Below, piece after piece: positions 38,780 to 48,567 of a DNA stretch of 64,000 nucleotides. The translations under genes were made by a program, and so were the position numbers. The notes under the pieces were generated by a model. That model searched no databases, had not been told where the DNA came from, and saw only the letters and a list, made by a program, of their open reading frames with translations. The stretch's first letter is position 1. Each line of letters opens with the position of its first letter. This DNA is from a virus, in the IMG/VR virus record IMGVR_UViG_3300027724_000010, positions 5,815-69,814 of that record; one strand, given 5' to 3'.

Positions 38780-38996
38780 ATAATTGTCCTACTTTAAACT
38801 TTTTAGGGTTTTCACCAGAAATACCGATGATAATGTTCTGTATATCTACAGTTATTACTGTATCTAATCTATTCTTTCTTAAATATACTCCATTGATTAT
38901 TTCGTACTCAACTGAAGTTTTCTTTTTCTTACTGTTATTTTTTAATTCTCTTTGTTTAACAGTAGATTCTCTAATTTTTATATCTTTTCTAGGCAT
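38772..38996 (-). CDS. hypothetical small basic protein
   Basis: 74-aa ORF. Confidence 0.35.
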   Translation of the reverse strand: MPRKDIKIRESTVKQRELKNNSKKKKTSVEYEIINGVYLRKNRLDTVITVDIQNIIIGISGENPKKFKVGQLYE

Positions 38997-38999
38997 GTT

Positions 39000-40070
39000 T
39001 TATATTAAATCTTGTAATGCGGTTTCTATCCAAACTTTCTGTATTGTATTTTTACTCAACAATACATCTAACTCTGCTGTGTAATTCTCTCTATATAATA
39101 TACCACGTAAAAGTTTTTGCTGTACCATATCATTAGAACTATTAATATCTGCTAATAAGCATCTATCTAAGTTTTCATAATTTTCACCAGCACCACCTTT
39201 ATTTACAAGTACTAAATGATTAATTTTACCTTTTTTAAAATCATTAAAGTATTTATCATCGCTAGTACCGTGATAAAAATATTTTGAAATCTGTTCGGCC
39301 ATTTCACGAGTATTAACAAATACTAATACTCTTTGATCTTTATATTGTTCTAAATAATTCTTAATAAATCTTATTTTAGATTTTAACGTATTTAAAAATC
39401 TAAGTCGGGTAAGCGCTAATAACATTTTTCTATTGGAGTTTGTTTCAGAATCTATTCGCAAAGATAAAGAATTATAATTTTTAACTTCGCTTGTGTAGAA
39501 TGATTTTTTAACTCCTGTAACTTTATCTTTGTATTCTACTAAAATATCCAAATCAGTAGATAAAGGTAATAATATATAATTAACATTAAAGGGAGCAACA
39601 TCTTTCGCATTAACTGCATCTTGTGTAGTATATTTATATACTAATTCTAATTTTAACGCATTAAAAATTATATCTCTCTTTGTACGATTATTTGGAATAG
39701 TACCTGTCATACCAACAATTTTTTTATAAGACATTGTTGATACTATATCAAATCTATTCTTATTTAACATTTGTATCTCATCCAATATTACAATATCCCA
39801 ATCAGTATTGGAATATTTTTTTAAACTATTATAACAAATAGCGTGAATATTTAACTTAAACCCCCATTTTTTAATTTCATTTGGTAATCCTACGTCTCTA
39901 ATTTCAGTATTTGGTACTAACCACAATACTCTTCTATATTTATTTTTATTAATAAAATGTAAAAGAGCTAAGGTTTTACCGGATCTTACGGATTTCTGTA
40001 TTAAACATTTATCACAACTATCTAAAATAGATTGTAACTCATCTTGAGATGTTGTGAGTGTATATTTCAT
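39000..40070 (-). CDS. superfamily-2 (DExD/H) helicase
   Basis: Walker A SVRSGKT and DExx box VILDEIQ, followed by a second RecA-like domain. Confidence 0.65.
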   Translation of the reverse strand: MKYTLTTSQDELQSILDSCDKCLIQKSVRSGKTLALLHFINKNKYRRVLWLVPNTEIRDVGLPNEIKKWGFKLNIHAICYNSLKKYSNTDWDIVILDEIQMLNKNRFDIVSTMSYKKIVGMTGTIPNNRTKRDIIFNALKLELVYKYTTQDAVNAKDVAPFNVNYILLPLSTDLDILVEYKDKVTGVKKSFYTSEVKNYNSLSLRIDSETNSNRKMLLALTRLRFLNTLKSKIRFIKNYLEQYKDQRVLVFVNTREMAEQISKYFYHGTSDDKYFNDFKKGKINHLVLVNKGGAGENYENLDRCLLADINSSNDMVQQKLLRGILYRENYTAELDVLLSKNTIQKVWIETALQDLI

Positions 40071-40169
40071 TTTTTAAATGTTGGTTTTTTGTATATTCTT
40101 GATTTAAGTGGTACTACCAATAACAAATATACTATAACTATTGGTAACACCATTGTTGCAAATATAATA

Positions 40170-40631
40170 CTAATAATATTCATGACCTAATGTTTTAATT
40201 ATTAATTTTCTTTTTCTTATCTTTTTTATATCTCTTTTATTTGTTGCTGTTTTAGGATTAAAAAAGTATAAAATATCACACTCTCTTAAGCGGTCTTCTA
40301 ATAAACAACTAGCAATTTGTAGATCATGTTGTGTAAAAGTATCAGATATAACATATTGATTTTTTTGATAAATAACATCTATAATAGATGACGGAAACTC
40401 TACATTGTTCATACGATTTAATATAGAGCTTCCTATCGCTATTTTATCAATATCTGGTGTACCATTACCTTCTGCGTGTAAAACTCTCGCTATAAGCTCT
40501 GAATTGTGTTTTAGAGCATATTCTGTTAATAATTCACTATGTATTATCTGCTCTTGTTTTTTAACATCCTTATAAGCAAAATATATAAGAAGAATTAAAA
40601 TTATAGCACCAGTTATTGTTAAATATTTCAT
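40170..40631 (-). CDS. SleB-like cell-wall hydrolase (Hydrolase_2) with an N-terminal signal anchor; probable endolysin
   Basis: N-terminal TM helix; HAEGNGTPDIDKIAIGSSILNRMNNVEFPSSIIDVIYQKNQY matches the Hydrolase_2 core. Confidence 0.65.
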   Translation of the reverse strand: MKYLTITGAIILILLIYFAYKDVKKQEQIIHSELLTEYALKHNSELIARVLHAEGNGTPDIDKIAIGSSILNRMNNVEFPSSIIDVIYQKNQYVISDTFTQHDLQIASCLLEDRLRECDILYFFNPKTATNKRDIKKIRKRKLIIKTLGHEYY

Positions 40632-41080
40632 ATTTTTACTGTTAATTTTTCATCAACGTATATACATACTTTGACAAATTTATTTAATAAATAATTTATA
40701 CCATTACAAGGTGGTACTATAATATAATTATAAAACACCTGAGACCAAAAACCTATATAATAATATTTAAACTTATCATATTTTGTTTTTAATAATGATA
40801 AATGTTCAATATATTTTTGTTCTTCACCATTTTCTCTATAATAGCGATCATCTGTTACATACTTTTTTACATACTTTTCAAAATATCTTTTTTCATTATT
40901 ATAAGGTCTATAAAACTCTTCGTAAATATATACATTACTAGATACAGTAACACCCATAAAAACTACAGAAATTAAAACGTAAAAAAATATAGGAAAATAA
41001 CTCCATAACATAAATAAAACATATAAGAGGATTGGTATTAATATAAACCATCTACCTTTAATTTCTTTTTTATCAGACAT
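40628..41080 (-). CDS. small membrane protein (lysis cassette candidate)
   Basis: two TM helices near the N-terminus; overlaps neighbours. Confidence 0.45.
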   Translation of the reverse strand: MSDKKEIKGRWFILIPILLYVLFMLWSYFPIFFYVLISVVFMGVTVSSNVYIYEEFYRPYNNEKRYFEKYVKKYVTDDRYYRENGEEQKYIEHLSLLKTKYDKFKYYYIGFWSQVFYNYIIVPPCNGINYLLNKFVKVCIYVDEKLTVKI

Positions 41081-41519
41081 ATTCGTTGTTTTTAGGTATT
41101 TCTAAAAAATTAGCTTCTATATGTTGATTACCAGAGTTTAGTAAGTTACCTTTAGATAAATAATTACCTATCAGTTCTAAATTATCTAATCGTTCTGTTA
41201 ATTGTTTATTAGATATATTACCCATGCTAGTTTCCATTATTAGATTATTTACTGCACCAGATAATAAATCTTGTTTACGTTTTAACTCATCTTGTTCTTT
41301 TTCCATATCTGATCGAAAATCTATACTAACATATTCTTGAGAGCCATATGATGCAAACTCCATAATATAATAGAAAAAGAAACCATTCAAAAGTAAAAAC
41401 AAAAACATCTTAAAATCACTATCGAAAGCTGGATATATTACATAATCGATAGCTAATACAGCTAGAAAACCTAATAGTTTTCTACCATATATACCAGAAA
41501 ACAAATTAAAATTTTTCAT
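41073..41519 (-). CDS. membrane protein with a C-terminal coiled coil (spanin-like candidate)
   Basis: two N-terminal TM helices and a K/E/Q-rich C-terminus. Confidence 0.45.
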   Translation of the reverse strand: MKNFNLFSGIYGRKLLGFLAVLAIDYVIYPAFDSDFKMFLFLLLNGFFFYYIMEFASYGSQEYVSIDFRSDMEKEQDELKRKQDLLSGAVNNLIMETSMGNISNKQLTERLDNLELIGNYLSKGNLLNSGNQHIEANFLEIPKNNEYV

Positions 41520-41739
41520 CTAAATAATTGTTAATTATAGGAAGAAGTTCCAAAAAAAAGTACATAATAAAATATATCGCAGAGCACGAATCAATTACAT
41601 AAGTAAATATAGCTCTTGTATGTTGTAATTCGGTAGTAGTAGTTAATGAATAATCTATACCTGTAAAAAATGTTATATAATTTGTATATATCAGACATAC
41701 AGTAAAAATTAATAACCAAAATTTCTGACTACCTCTCAT
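41506..41739 (-). CDS. small membrane protein (holin-like candidate)
   Basis: 77 aa with two TM helices. Confidence 0.45.
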   Translation of the reverse strand: MRGSQKFWLLIFTVCLIYTNYITFFTGIDYSLTTTTELQHTRAIFTYVIDSCSAIYFIMYFFLELLPIINNYLDEKF

Positions 41740-42110
41740 TAGTATTTAATATTTAAGGTTAACTTATCATTTATATACTTAAAACCTTCGTTTACTGCAA
41801 ATAGAATAACTCCTGGTATAAATAGAAAAACTACAAATACAAACGGCATGTCATCTTTTATATGTTTTGTCCAAATATTTATAATATATTCTATTATTGC
41901 TAATACTACAAACATACTTATTATTACTAGAGATGCATTAAATAAACGTTCCCAAAAACCTGGTGGTGCTTCTCTTAATCCTTCTGAAGTACAATAACAT
42001 AACGACATATCATTAAATACATCTATACTTTGTATTATAAACCAATATATAATATATATTATAAATGGTACCATAAGTACTACTATACCTGGTATTTTAA
42101 CTGTTTTCAT
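41739..42110 (-). CDS. small membrane protein
   Basis: 123 aa with three TM helices. Confidence 0.45.
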   Translation of the reverse strand: MKTVKIPGIVVLMVPFIIYIIYWFIIQSIDVFNDMSLCYCTSEGLREAPPGFWERLFNASLVIISMFVVLAIIEYIINIWTKHIKDDMPFVFVVFLFIPGVILFAVNEGFKYINDKLTLNIKY

Positions 42111-42111
42111 T

Positions 42112-42414
42112 TTATTTAATTGTTAAATATTTATCTAAAAATTTATTAATAATATGTATAATAAAAAATATTAAATATCCAAACCATAATAATAATAATG
42201 GATATTGTATTATTTCATCGTTACTATATTCATAATTAGTTAAGTTTTTACCATGTGTAATATCATAATAAGGCCATATTAAAAAACTACTAAATCCAAT
42301 TGTAATATAATATACTTTTGCTGGAATTTTTTCTAAATAAGGGAAACTATATGTTAATATTATATATAATCCATATAGTATTACAGGAATCCAAAAAAAC
42401 CATCTACCTTTCAT
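42112..42414 (-). CDS. small membrane protein
   Basis: 100 aa with three TM helices. Confidence 0.45.
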   Translation of the reverse strand: MKGRWFFWIPVILYGLYIILTYSFPYLEKIPAKVYYITIGFSSFLIWPYYDITHGKNLTNYEYSNDEIIQYPLLLLWFGYLIFFIIHIINKFLDKYLTIK

Positions 42415-42489
42415 CTTTATTTAAATTTATTGTTATAAGCTAAATAATTAGCATAAATTATAAGTACTAAATATAATAAGTGACTACCT

Positions 42490-43179
42490 TTAAGATTCAT
42501 ATTCAATTTTTATTGGTAAATTAATAGGATTATGATGTAGATCAACAATACTAGCATTAATAAATGTAGTATCACCAATTAATCTATATCCATAATTAAA
42601 AATATTTTCTTCATCGTGTAAATGTCCAAATATATGATAATTTGGTTTTACTCTACCTAATACGTGATTAAGTAAAGATTTACACCCAACTTGTTCAGTA
42701 AGAGTATTATTAACATGTGTAAGATCTAGTATACCCTTTGGTGGACCATGTGTAATAAGAATATCCGTATTATCCGGTATTTCATCCCAATATGTATTTA
42801 TTTTATGTCTAGGTACATTATAAGCCCATCCTGTACCAAAAGTAGGAGTATATGGAGATCCAAATATTCTTATTTTATTAATTACAACTAATTCGTGTAT
42901 TAATCTATAAATATTGTTATACTCATATATATCTTTATAAATACCATGTTCACTAGTATTATGGTTACCTGGAACATATATTTTGTATTTAAATGGTAAT
43001 TCAGCATACCAATCTATAAATTCTAATTGAGCATTGTGATTAAGTACGGGAGATTTTGAATTAGCAGTATCTCCAGCACATATAATCATATCTACACCAT
43101 CTATGAACTCAGGATCATATAAGAATTGATCTAACCACTTATGTTGCTCATGGGTATCAGATATCGCTATTATTTTCAT
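42490..43179 (-). CDS. metallophosphatase (Ser/Thr phosphatase / lambda PPase-like)
   Basis: ISDTHEQH, GDTANS, GNHN, THGPP and GHLHD motifs in order. Confidence 0.75.
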   Translation of the reverse strand: MKIIAISDTHEQHKWLDQFLYDPEFIDGVDMIICAGDTANSKSPVLNHNAQLEFIDWYAELPFKYKIYVPGNHNTSEHGIYKDIYEYNNIYRLIHELVVINKIRIFGSPYTPTFGTGWAYNVPRHKINTYWDEIPDNTDILITHGPPKGILDLTHVNNTLTEQVGCKSLLNHVLGRVKPNYHIFGHLHDEENIFNYGYRLIGDTTFINASIVDLHHNPINLPIKIEYES

Positions 43180-43197
43180 TTCGTATTGTAAACATTT

Positions 43198-44109
43198 TTA
43201 AATTATTTCTTGATTTTCAATTTTATTAACAATTTTATAAGCTTGTGATATATACCAATCTTTGTTTAGATTAGGATATCTCTCTTTTATCTTTTCAACT
43301 TTAATTCCTTTTTTGTAATCAAATATTTCTTCTTTTGGTATATTTAAAGCTAATGTAACTGGTGTATTAGCTTCTATAGCATCTATACCATCTTGTTTTT
43401 TACCTTTAGTCCAAAATTTAGATATTGTTTGATTACCACCAGCATAGTATCGTAAAAATCTATGATTCATCAATTCTGATTTAGCTACTTTAAGATCGGG
43501 ATTATAAGTAGTTAATAACCAAGAATAACTACCAGATCCTTTTACTCCATAACAAAAATCATAAATATTATTATGATTGTTTATTGTATCTTCTATAGGA
43601 GTACCATTTTTAAAATATTCTTGTAATGCTTGTGGTATAATAGAAGCAGAAGAATCTTTATGATATGCTCCTGATTTTATTAAATCAGCATGAGTTTCAA
43701 ATACCCCTTTGGTTTTGATATCTCCAGATTCTGTGATTGCTAAATAATTGTTTATGTCCCGAATTACATATTTTCGGTAAACATTAGTTTCATATGGTAT
43801 TTTACATATATTAGTTATTTCTTCAAATATAGAATTTAATAATTCTACATCTTTTCGTTCTACTAATATTTCTATACCATCAGTATTTTTAGATAAAATC
43901 GTTGCAGTGGGAATTCTTGTATATATTTTATCTGCTAGCATACAAATGGTTAATATGCCATTTATAGTAGTAAATAAAGTAAATTTTGTATCGTATAATG
44001 CTGAATATTCAGAATTAGATAGGCCAAAAATTAAATTTATAAGAATCTTTGTGCTATAATTCAATAAATATTGAGTTTTTTTATCGTACGTTTTTCTTTT
44101 TTCGTACAA
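43198..44109 (-). CDS. family-B DNA polymerase, C-terminal exon (motifs B and C); the annotated start is an alternative codon and the exon probably begins upstream
   Basis: KILINLIFGLSNS (KxxxNSxYG-like motif B) and LSKNTDGIEILV (DTD-like motif C). Confidence 0.5.
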   Translation of the reverse strand: MYEKRKTYDKKTQYLLNYSTKILINLIFGLSNSEYSALYDTKFTLFTTINGILTICMLADKIYTRIPTATILSKNTDGIEILVERKDVELLNSIFEEITNICKIPYETNVYRKYVIRDINNYLAITESGDIKTKGVFETHADLIKSGAYHKDSSASIIPQALQEYFKNGTPIEDTINNHNNIYDFCYGVKGSGSYSWLLTTYNPDLKVAKSELMNHRFLRYYAGGNQTISKFWTKGKKQDGIDAIEANTPVTLALNIPKEEIFDYKKGIKVEKIKERYPNLNKDWYISQAYKIVNKIENQEII

Positions 44110-45137
44110 TCCCTCTAATAAATTACAATATATTTCTGAAGGTATATGCTTTGGAGATACCTTATTTTTAAATTGTAAATGCGGATAATAACTTACACTT
44201 TTTGTTATCTACTATTACTAGTAGTGTCGGACTATTTCTTAATTTTACGCCAAATAAATCCATATATAGTTGGTTTATATCCATTGCATACTGCATAGAT
44301 ATTTTGCCATTTCCAACTAGGATTTTGTTGTAGAATATCTTCTACTGAGTTCCATATTTTTATAAGATTCATATTTTTATCATATTGATAAAAACAATTC
44401 ATCTTTTGTTTAGCTTTACTAACATTATCACTCATTATGAGTTTAACATTAGGGTTATCTCTCCAGAATATTTTAGATCTATTACCTATTTTAGTAGCTC
44501 TACTGGGATTATTTTTATAACTTTCTAGTTGGGATTTAGACATTAGTTTTTTAGTTTCGTCACTAACTATATTAGATTCATCACTATTATCCGATCTTAA
44601 ATTATATCCACAACGTCTATCTAAAGACGTATAATAATTCATCCAATATAACTCTCTATTTTTCAATAAATCTTCATCTCTATCTAAAACTTCAATAACT
44701 ACTGTTTTAAAATTATCAGCTCCATATTTATACCAAGAATTTATTAAATGTCTATTTTCATCTTTACTTTTAGATTTTAGAGTAGATCTATGATGAACTA
44801 ATCTTTTATATATATTATAAGATCTTCCTATATAAATTTTATTATTTATAATATTTATAATACCATATATCCCACATACGTTATATGTTTCTTTTCTATT
44901 TATAATCATATTTTATATTTTAACTAACGGCAAAGATAGTTAAAATATTTAATATTGCGTAAAATTTTGGACGCTTTTTCATTATAGTTTATGTATTATA
45001 CTATAACTACTTCCTGTTATTAAGATATATCGCTATATCTCAGGTAGTCTCTGCACCTTCTCTCTCTGAGAGCTTGGCTCAAGATTATCCTAACTATAAA
45101 ATTAGGGTTTCCTTGAATTCATCCAATAGTTTTAGTT
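44110..45137 (-). mobile_element. group I intron in the DNA polymerase gene carrying a GIY-YIG endonuclease ORF
   Basis: minus-sense R-like GTGCAGAGACTACC (~45040) and S AAGAAATAGTCCGAC (~44213-44228, just 3' of the endonuclease ORF); the exon-1 ORF ends inside PolB motif A (…FDFN). Confidence 0.55.
44232..44909 (-). CDS. GIY-YIG homing endonuclease
   Basis: CGIYGIINIINNKIYIGRSYNIYKRLVHHRS (GIY…YIG…R…H) then E…N in the catalytic domain, followed by a basic DNA-binding C-terminal half. Confidence 0.8.
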   Translation of the reverse strand: MIINRKETYNVCGIYGIINIINNKIYIGRSYNIYKRLVHHRSTLKSKSKDENRHLINSWYKYGADNFKTVVIEVLDRDEDLLKNRELYWMNYYTSLDRRCGYNLRSDNSDESNIVSDETKKLMSKSQLESYKNNPSRATKIGNRSKIFWRDNPNVKLIMSDNVSKAKQKMNCFYQYDKNMNLIKIWNSVEDILQQNPSWKWQNIYAVCNGYKPTIYGFIWRKIKK

Positions 45138-46112
45138 CTACTCTGTTATGTTAAAGTCGAACGTTATGATTACAAATTTTTCATTACTTTCGTATATACC
45201 CGATTCTACTGCCGAGTGGATCCCTCCAGATCCTATTTGTGTTGTTAATCCTTTATATGTAATAGATTTAGATACTGAATTTTTCAAACTTATAAGTTTT
45301 TTATCTGAATTGATATTACTTTTTAAAGTAGGTATCAAGGTTGTAGACTTATAAAATTCTAAAATCTCATTATATATAGGTAAATTAAATTTAATATACG
45401 GTAATATTATATCTTTAATATCTATTTTATCATAATAAGTTCTTAGTTTTGAAAAATCTCTAGTATCAATACTCATAGCTTGTGATAAATATTTATAAAA
45501 ATATTTCTTACCCATATCTGGTTCTGGAGAATTTAATATATCAATCTTATGAAGATTACCAAACTCTATTCTAAGCTTAATTAGTTCTTTTGTTATATTA
45601 AATACATCTCTAGTTACTTCTACGTCATATTTACAATATTTAATAACTTCATTAACTTGTGCTAGTGTTTTTATTTCGTCATTAAAATGATACGGTAAAT
45701 CTTTTATACTTTTTTTTCTAAGTATAAACTCTAAAGCTTTTAAACTCGTAGTTTTTGCTCCGCGTGGTCCATAATTATTTACTAACATGAGATCTATTGT
45801 TTTATTACACAATTTATCTTCTCTATAAATAGGCCACTCACTATTTATTAACTCATCATTAAACTCTTTTATTTCTTTTGCTGTAGATAATCCTGCTTTA
45901 ACTATTCTAGTTAAAATATTCATATCATAACCTAAAGAGTTATAACCAATAAAATAAGTATTTTCGTTATCTTTTAGATATTGTCGTAAATCTCTTATTT
46001 GATTGATATCATTCCACACTGTAAATACTGTATGTTTATTTTCTTTTGGATCATAAAATACAGCAACAAACAAATTTACATAAACTTCCAAATCGAACAG
46101 GACTAATTTCAT
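45138..46112 (-). CDS. family-B DNA polymerase, N-terminal exon (3'-5' exonuclease domain up to motif A)
   Basis: Exo I LVLFDLEV, Exo II FIGYNSLGYDMNIL, Exo III YCKYDVEVT, and the start of motif A ITFDFN at the C-terminus. Confidence 0.65.
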   Translation of the reverse strand: MKLVLFDLEVYVNLFVAVFYDPKENKHTVFTVWNDINQIRDLRQYLKDNENTYFIGYNSLGYDMNILTRIVKAGLSTAKEIKEFNDELINSEWPIYREDKLCNKTIDLMLVNNYGPRGAKTTSLKALEFILRKKSIKDLPYHFNDEIKTLAQVNEVIKYCKYDVEVTRDVFNITKELIKLRIEFGNLHKIDILNSPEPDMGKKYFYKYLSQAMSIDTRDFSKLRTYYDKIDIKDIILPYIKFNLPIYNEILEFYKSTTLIPTLKSNINSDKKLISLKNSVSKSITYKGLTTQIGSGGIHSAVESGIYESNEKFVIITFDFNITE

Positions 46113-46151
46113 ATATTTTATTTTAAAATTTTATATTATATTTATCAATAT

Positions 46152-46409
46152 TTAAATAATTATTGATTTTAAATCTTTTATTATTAATTCTTCCACAACT
46201 TCCCAGCAATCTATATATAAACCATGATCAAGTAAACCAATAATTGTTGGATCAGTTATTTCTATATAACCCACAACAAAATTTAAATTACTTAAATTAG
46301 CATTTTCTATACCTATAGTCATTAATATATTTGCGTTATTACTATTTTTACTATCAACTACAGATACCCAAATACCAAAAAATATGTTAGTATTATACCA
46401 ATAACTCAT
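46152..46409 (-). CDS. small protein, possible degenerate member of the tandem family
   Basis: 85 aa with only weak resemblance (…VVEELIIKDL…). Confidence 0.4.
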   Translation of the reverse strand: MSYWYNTNIFFGIWVSVVDSKNSNNANILMTIGIENANLSNLNFVVGYIEITDPTIIGLLDHGLYIDCWEVVEELIIKDLKSIII

Positions 46410-46677
46410 TATTACTTATATTATTTATATCTTCTATTATTAACTTATTAAGTGTTTCTTTTAGTTGTAAATGCATATTATGATTTATAATATTAATAAT
46501 AGTAGTATTTTTTATTTGTATATGTTTTATCATAGGATTTAAATTAATTAGATCATTTACATCAACATAACAATGAAAATAAGATCTTTTAGATTTGTAT
46601 ATACTTTTTTTTTTATTTACTATTGCTATTACTATTATACCCTTAATTGTTTTTTGAATTTCGTAAAACATCTTCAA
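46393..46677 (-). CDS. tandem-family small protein
   Basis: contains NTTIINIINHNMHLQLKETLNKLIIEDI. Confidence 0.55.
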   Translation of the reverse strand: MKMFYEIQKTIKGIIVIAIVNKKKSIYKSKRSYFHCYVDVNDLINLNPMIKHIQIKNTTIINIINHNMHLQLKETLNKLIIEDINNISNNELLV

Positions 46678-46975
46678 ATCGATTTAATATGTTTTTATCG
46701 TTTAAATCTTCAACAACTATAGCTCTAAAACTAATATATAGCTCTTTATGTATTTTATGATTTAACATATTTATTATGGTATTATTTTTTATTTCTATTA
46801 GTGGAGAATTTGTATTTTCAAAAATAGTACTTATTATTTTATTATATACTTTAGATATTTCTTTTTTGCTTACTATACTATGATGAAGATAAATATTTGT
46901 TTTATCTGTAATAGTTATATAAGCTCTTTTTGACCGATCATCTCTATTTAATCTATAATAATATTTAATGTTCAT
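46643..46975 (-). CDS. tandem-family small protein
   Basis: contains TIINMLNHKIHKELYISFRAIVVEDL. Confidence 0.55.
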   Translation of the reverse strand: MNIKYYYRLNRDDRSKRAYITITDKTNIYLHHSIVSKKEISKVYNKIISTIFENTNSPLIEIKNNTIINMLNHKIHKELYISFRAIVVEDLNDKNILNRFEDVLRNSKNN

Positions 46976-47264
46976 ATTTTATAATTATTGAGTGTTTTGC
47001 ATACATTATTCTTTTAAACTCTTCTTTAATCAACATAGTAAATATCTCTTTATTAGATTTATATCTATCATTTCGTATCATTGATAAAACTATATCATTA
47101 TTTATTCTATGTGGTTTCTTATAATATACAGATTTTTCTGGTGCTTTAAAATCAAGATAAATTACTCCACTATAAAGATTGCGATGACCTTTTTTGTTTG
47201 TAATAATTAATGTATTAGATCCCGCATAATTACTTAGTTTATAATAGTATTTAGGCATTTTCAA
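46965..47264 (-). CDS. tandem-family small protein
   Basis: contains IVLSMIRNDRYKSNKEIFTMLIKEEF. Confidence 0.55.
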   Translation of the reverse strand: MKMPKYYYKLSNYAGSNTLIITNKKGHRNLYSGVIYLDFKAPEKSVYYKKPHRINNDIVLSMIRNDRYKSNKEIFTMLIKEEFKRIMYAKHSIIIKYEH

Positions 47265-47568
47265 TATTTAATTTTTTAAAAAGTTTATCAATATCTTCTT
47301 TAACAATTATATCAAATATATCTCTATTACTTATATGTTGTTTATTATGAATCATTTTTAATATTATTTCATTTGTTACCGGATAAAATCTATTAGCAAG
47401 AACTTCTTCATCTTTTAGTACTTTATTTTTAAAATTATAAGTTTTATAACTTATAACTGAATAAGGTTTATCTGGATTTTTGATATTTTGTAAATCTATA
47501 AAAATTGTTTTAGTATTATTAATAATAACTGATGAAAATATCAATCTGTAACCTATTTCATTATTCAT
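47251..47568 (-). CDS. tandem-family small protein
   Basis: contains IILKMIHNKQHISNRDIFDIIVKEDI. Confidence 0.55.
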   Translation of the reverse strand: MNNEIGYRLIFSSVIINNTKTIFIDLQNIKNPDKPYSVISYKTYNFKNKVLKDEEVLANRFYPVTNEIILKMIHNKQHISNRDIFDIIVKEDIDKLFKKLNIENA

Positions 47569-47582
47569 CTTAATATAATATT

Positions 47583-47912
47583 TTATTTATATGATACTCT
47601 AATATAATCATACCAAACTCCGTTTTCTAATATAAAATTACCAATATCTTCTTTTAATAATATAGTAAATATTTCTTTACAGTTTAAATACCTACCTGTT
47701 TTAATCATATCTATAATTAAATCATTAGTTATTTTATGTTTAGTATTATTTAAATAATCTATATTAGTAGCTTTACAACCATCTACAATAATAAATATTG
47801 CAGGTTTAAAAACAGTACATATTTTATTTTCATTTATTTTATATTCTTTTATACTAATACAAGCTTCTATATTAGTATCAAAACCTTTACGTAGTGTTAT
47901 TTGATAAATCAT
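47583..47912 (-). CDS. tandem-family small protein
   Basis: contains LIIDMIKTGRYLNCKEIFTILLKEDI. Confidence 0.55.
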   Translation of the reverse strand: MIYQITLRKGFDTNIEACISIKEYKINENKICTVFKPAIFIIVDGCKATNIDYLNNTKHKITNDLIIDMIKTGRYLNCKEIFTILLKEDIGNFILENGVWYDYIRVSYK

Positions 47913-48231
47913 TACTTGTACGTTCTATTATTTTTTTAATTTCATTATTTACATCTTCGTTTACTATAATGTCAAATAATTCTTCATTTGCATCGTAATG
48001 TTTAGAATCTATAATATTTAAAACTACTGGGTTTGTAATTTCTATATTTAAACCACCTAAATACTTTAACTGTAATAATTGTTTATAATAAGATGTTTCA
48101 TCTATATCGAATCTATAGATACCATTCCAATGTAGACTACCTTTTTTTTCAATTATTTTTACTCTAATAGTATCAAAAGAGCTTTTAATACCTGGTGTAA
48201 TTATTACATAATATAGTTTACTCTCTTCCAT
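47887..48231 (-). CDS. tandem-family small protein
   Basis: contains VVLNIIDSKHYDANEELFDIIVNEDV. Confidence 0.55.
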   Translation of the reverse strand: MEESKLYYVIITPGIKSSFDTIRVKIIEKKGSLHWNGIYRFDIDETSYYKQLLQLKYLGGLNIEITNPVVLNIIDSKHYDANEELFDIIVNEDVNNEIKKIIERTSNDLSNNTT

Positions 48232-48559
48232 ACATTGTTTTTTTATAGTAAGCTATTTTTACTTTTGTAGTAAAACCTACTTGTGTACCAGTAATAAATT
48301 TAACAACCCATGTTTGATGTGAGTATATTACAGATACTTTTTCTTTTTTTCGTTTCTTATTTTCGGATCCTATTTCTATAAATTCATACTCTTTTTGATC
48401 TTCTGGTATTTCTGAGTTTATATCTCTATATAATAAGATAGCATCACCCCTATATGATTTTTGATTATTCCAACTTAACCAAATAGGGATAATGCTACCT
48501 TCTTTTAAATGTTTTTTGTGAATCTTGTGCTGCATATTATTTTTTATGCAAAAATACAA
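48218..48559 (-). CDS. hypothetical protein interleaved in the array; lacks the family motif
   Basis: 113-aa ORF, K-rich. Confidence 0.45.
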   Translation of the reverse strand: MYFCIKNNMQHKIHKKHLKEGSIIPIWLSWNNQKSYRGDAILLYRDINSEIPEDQKEYEFIEIGSENKKRKKEKVSVIYSHQTWVVKFITGTQVGFTTKVKIAYYKKTMYGRE

Positions 48560-48567
48560 GATTTATA

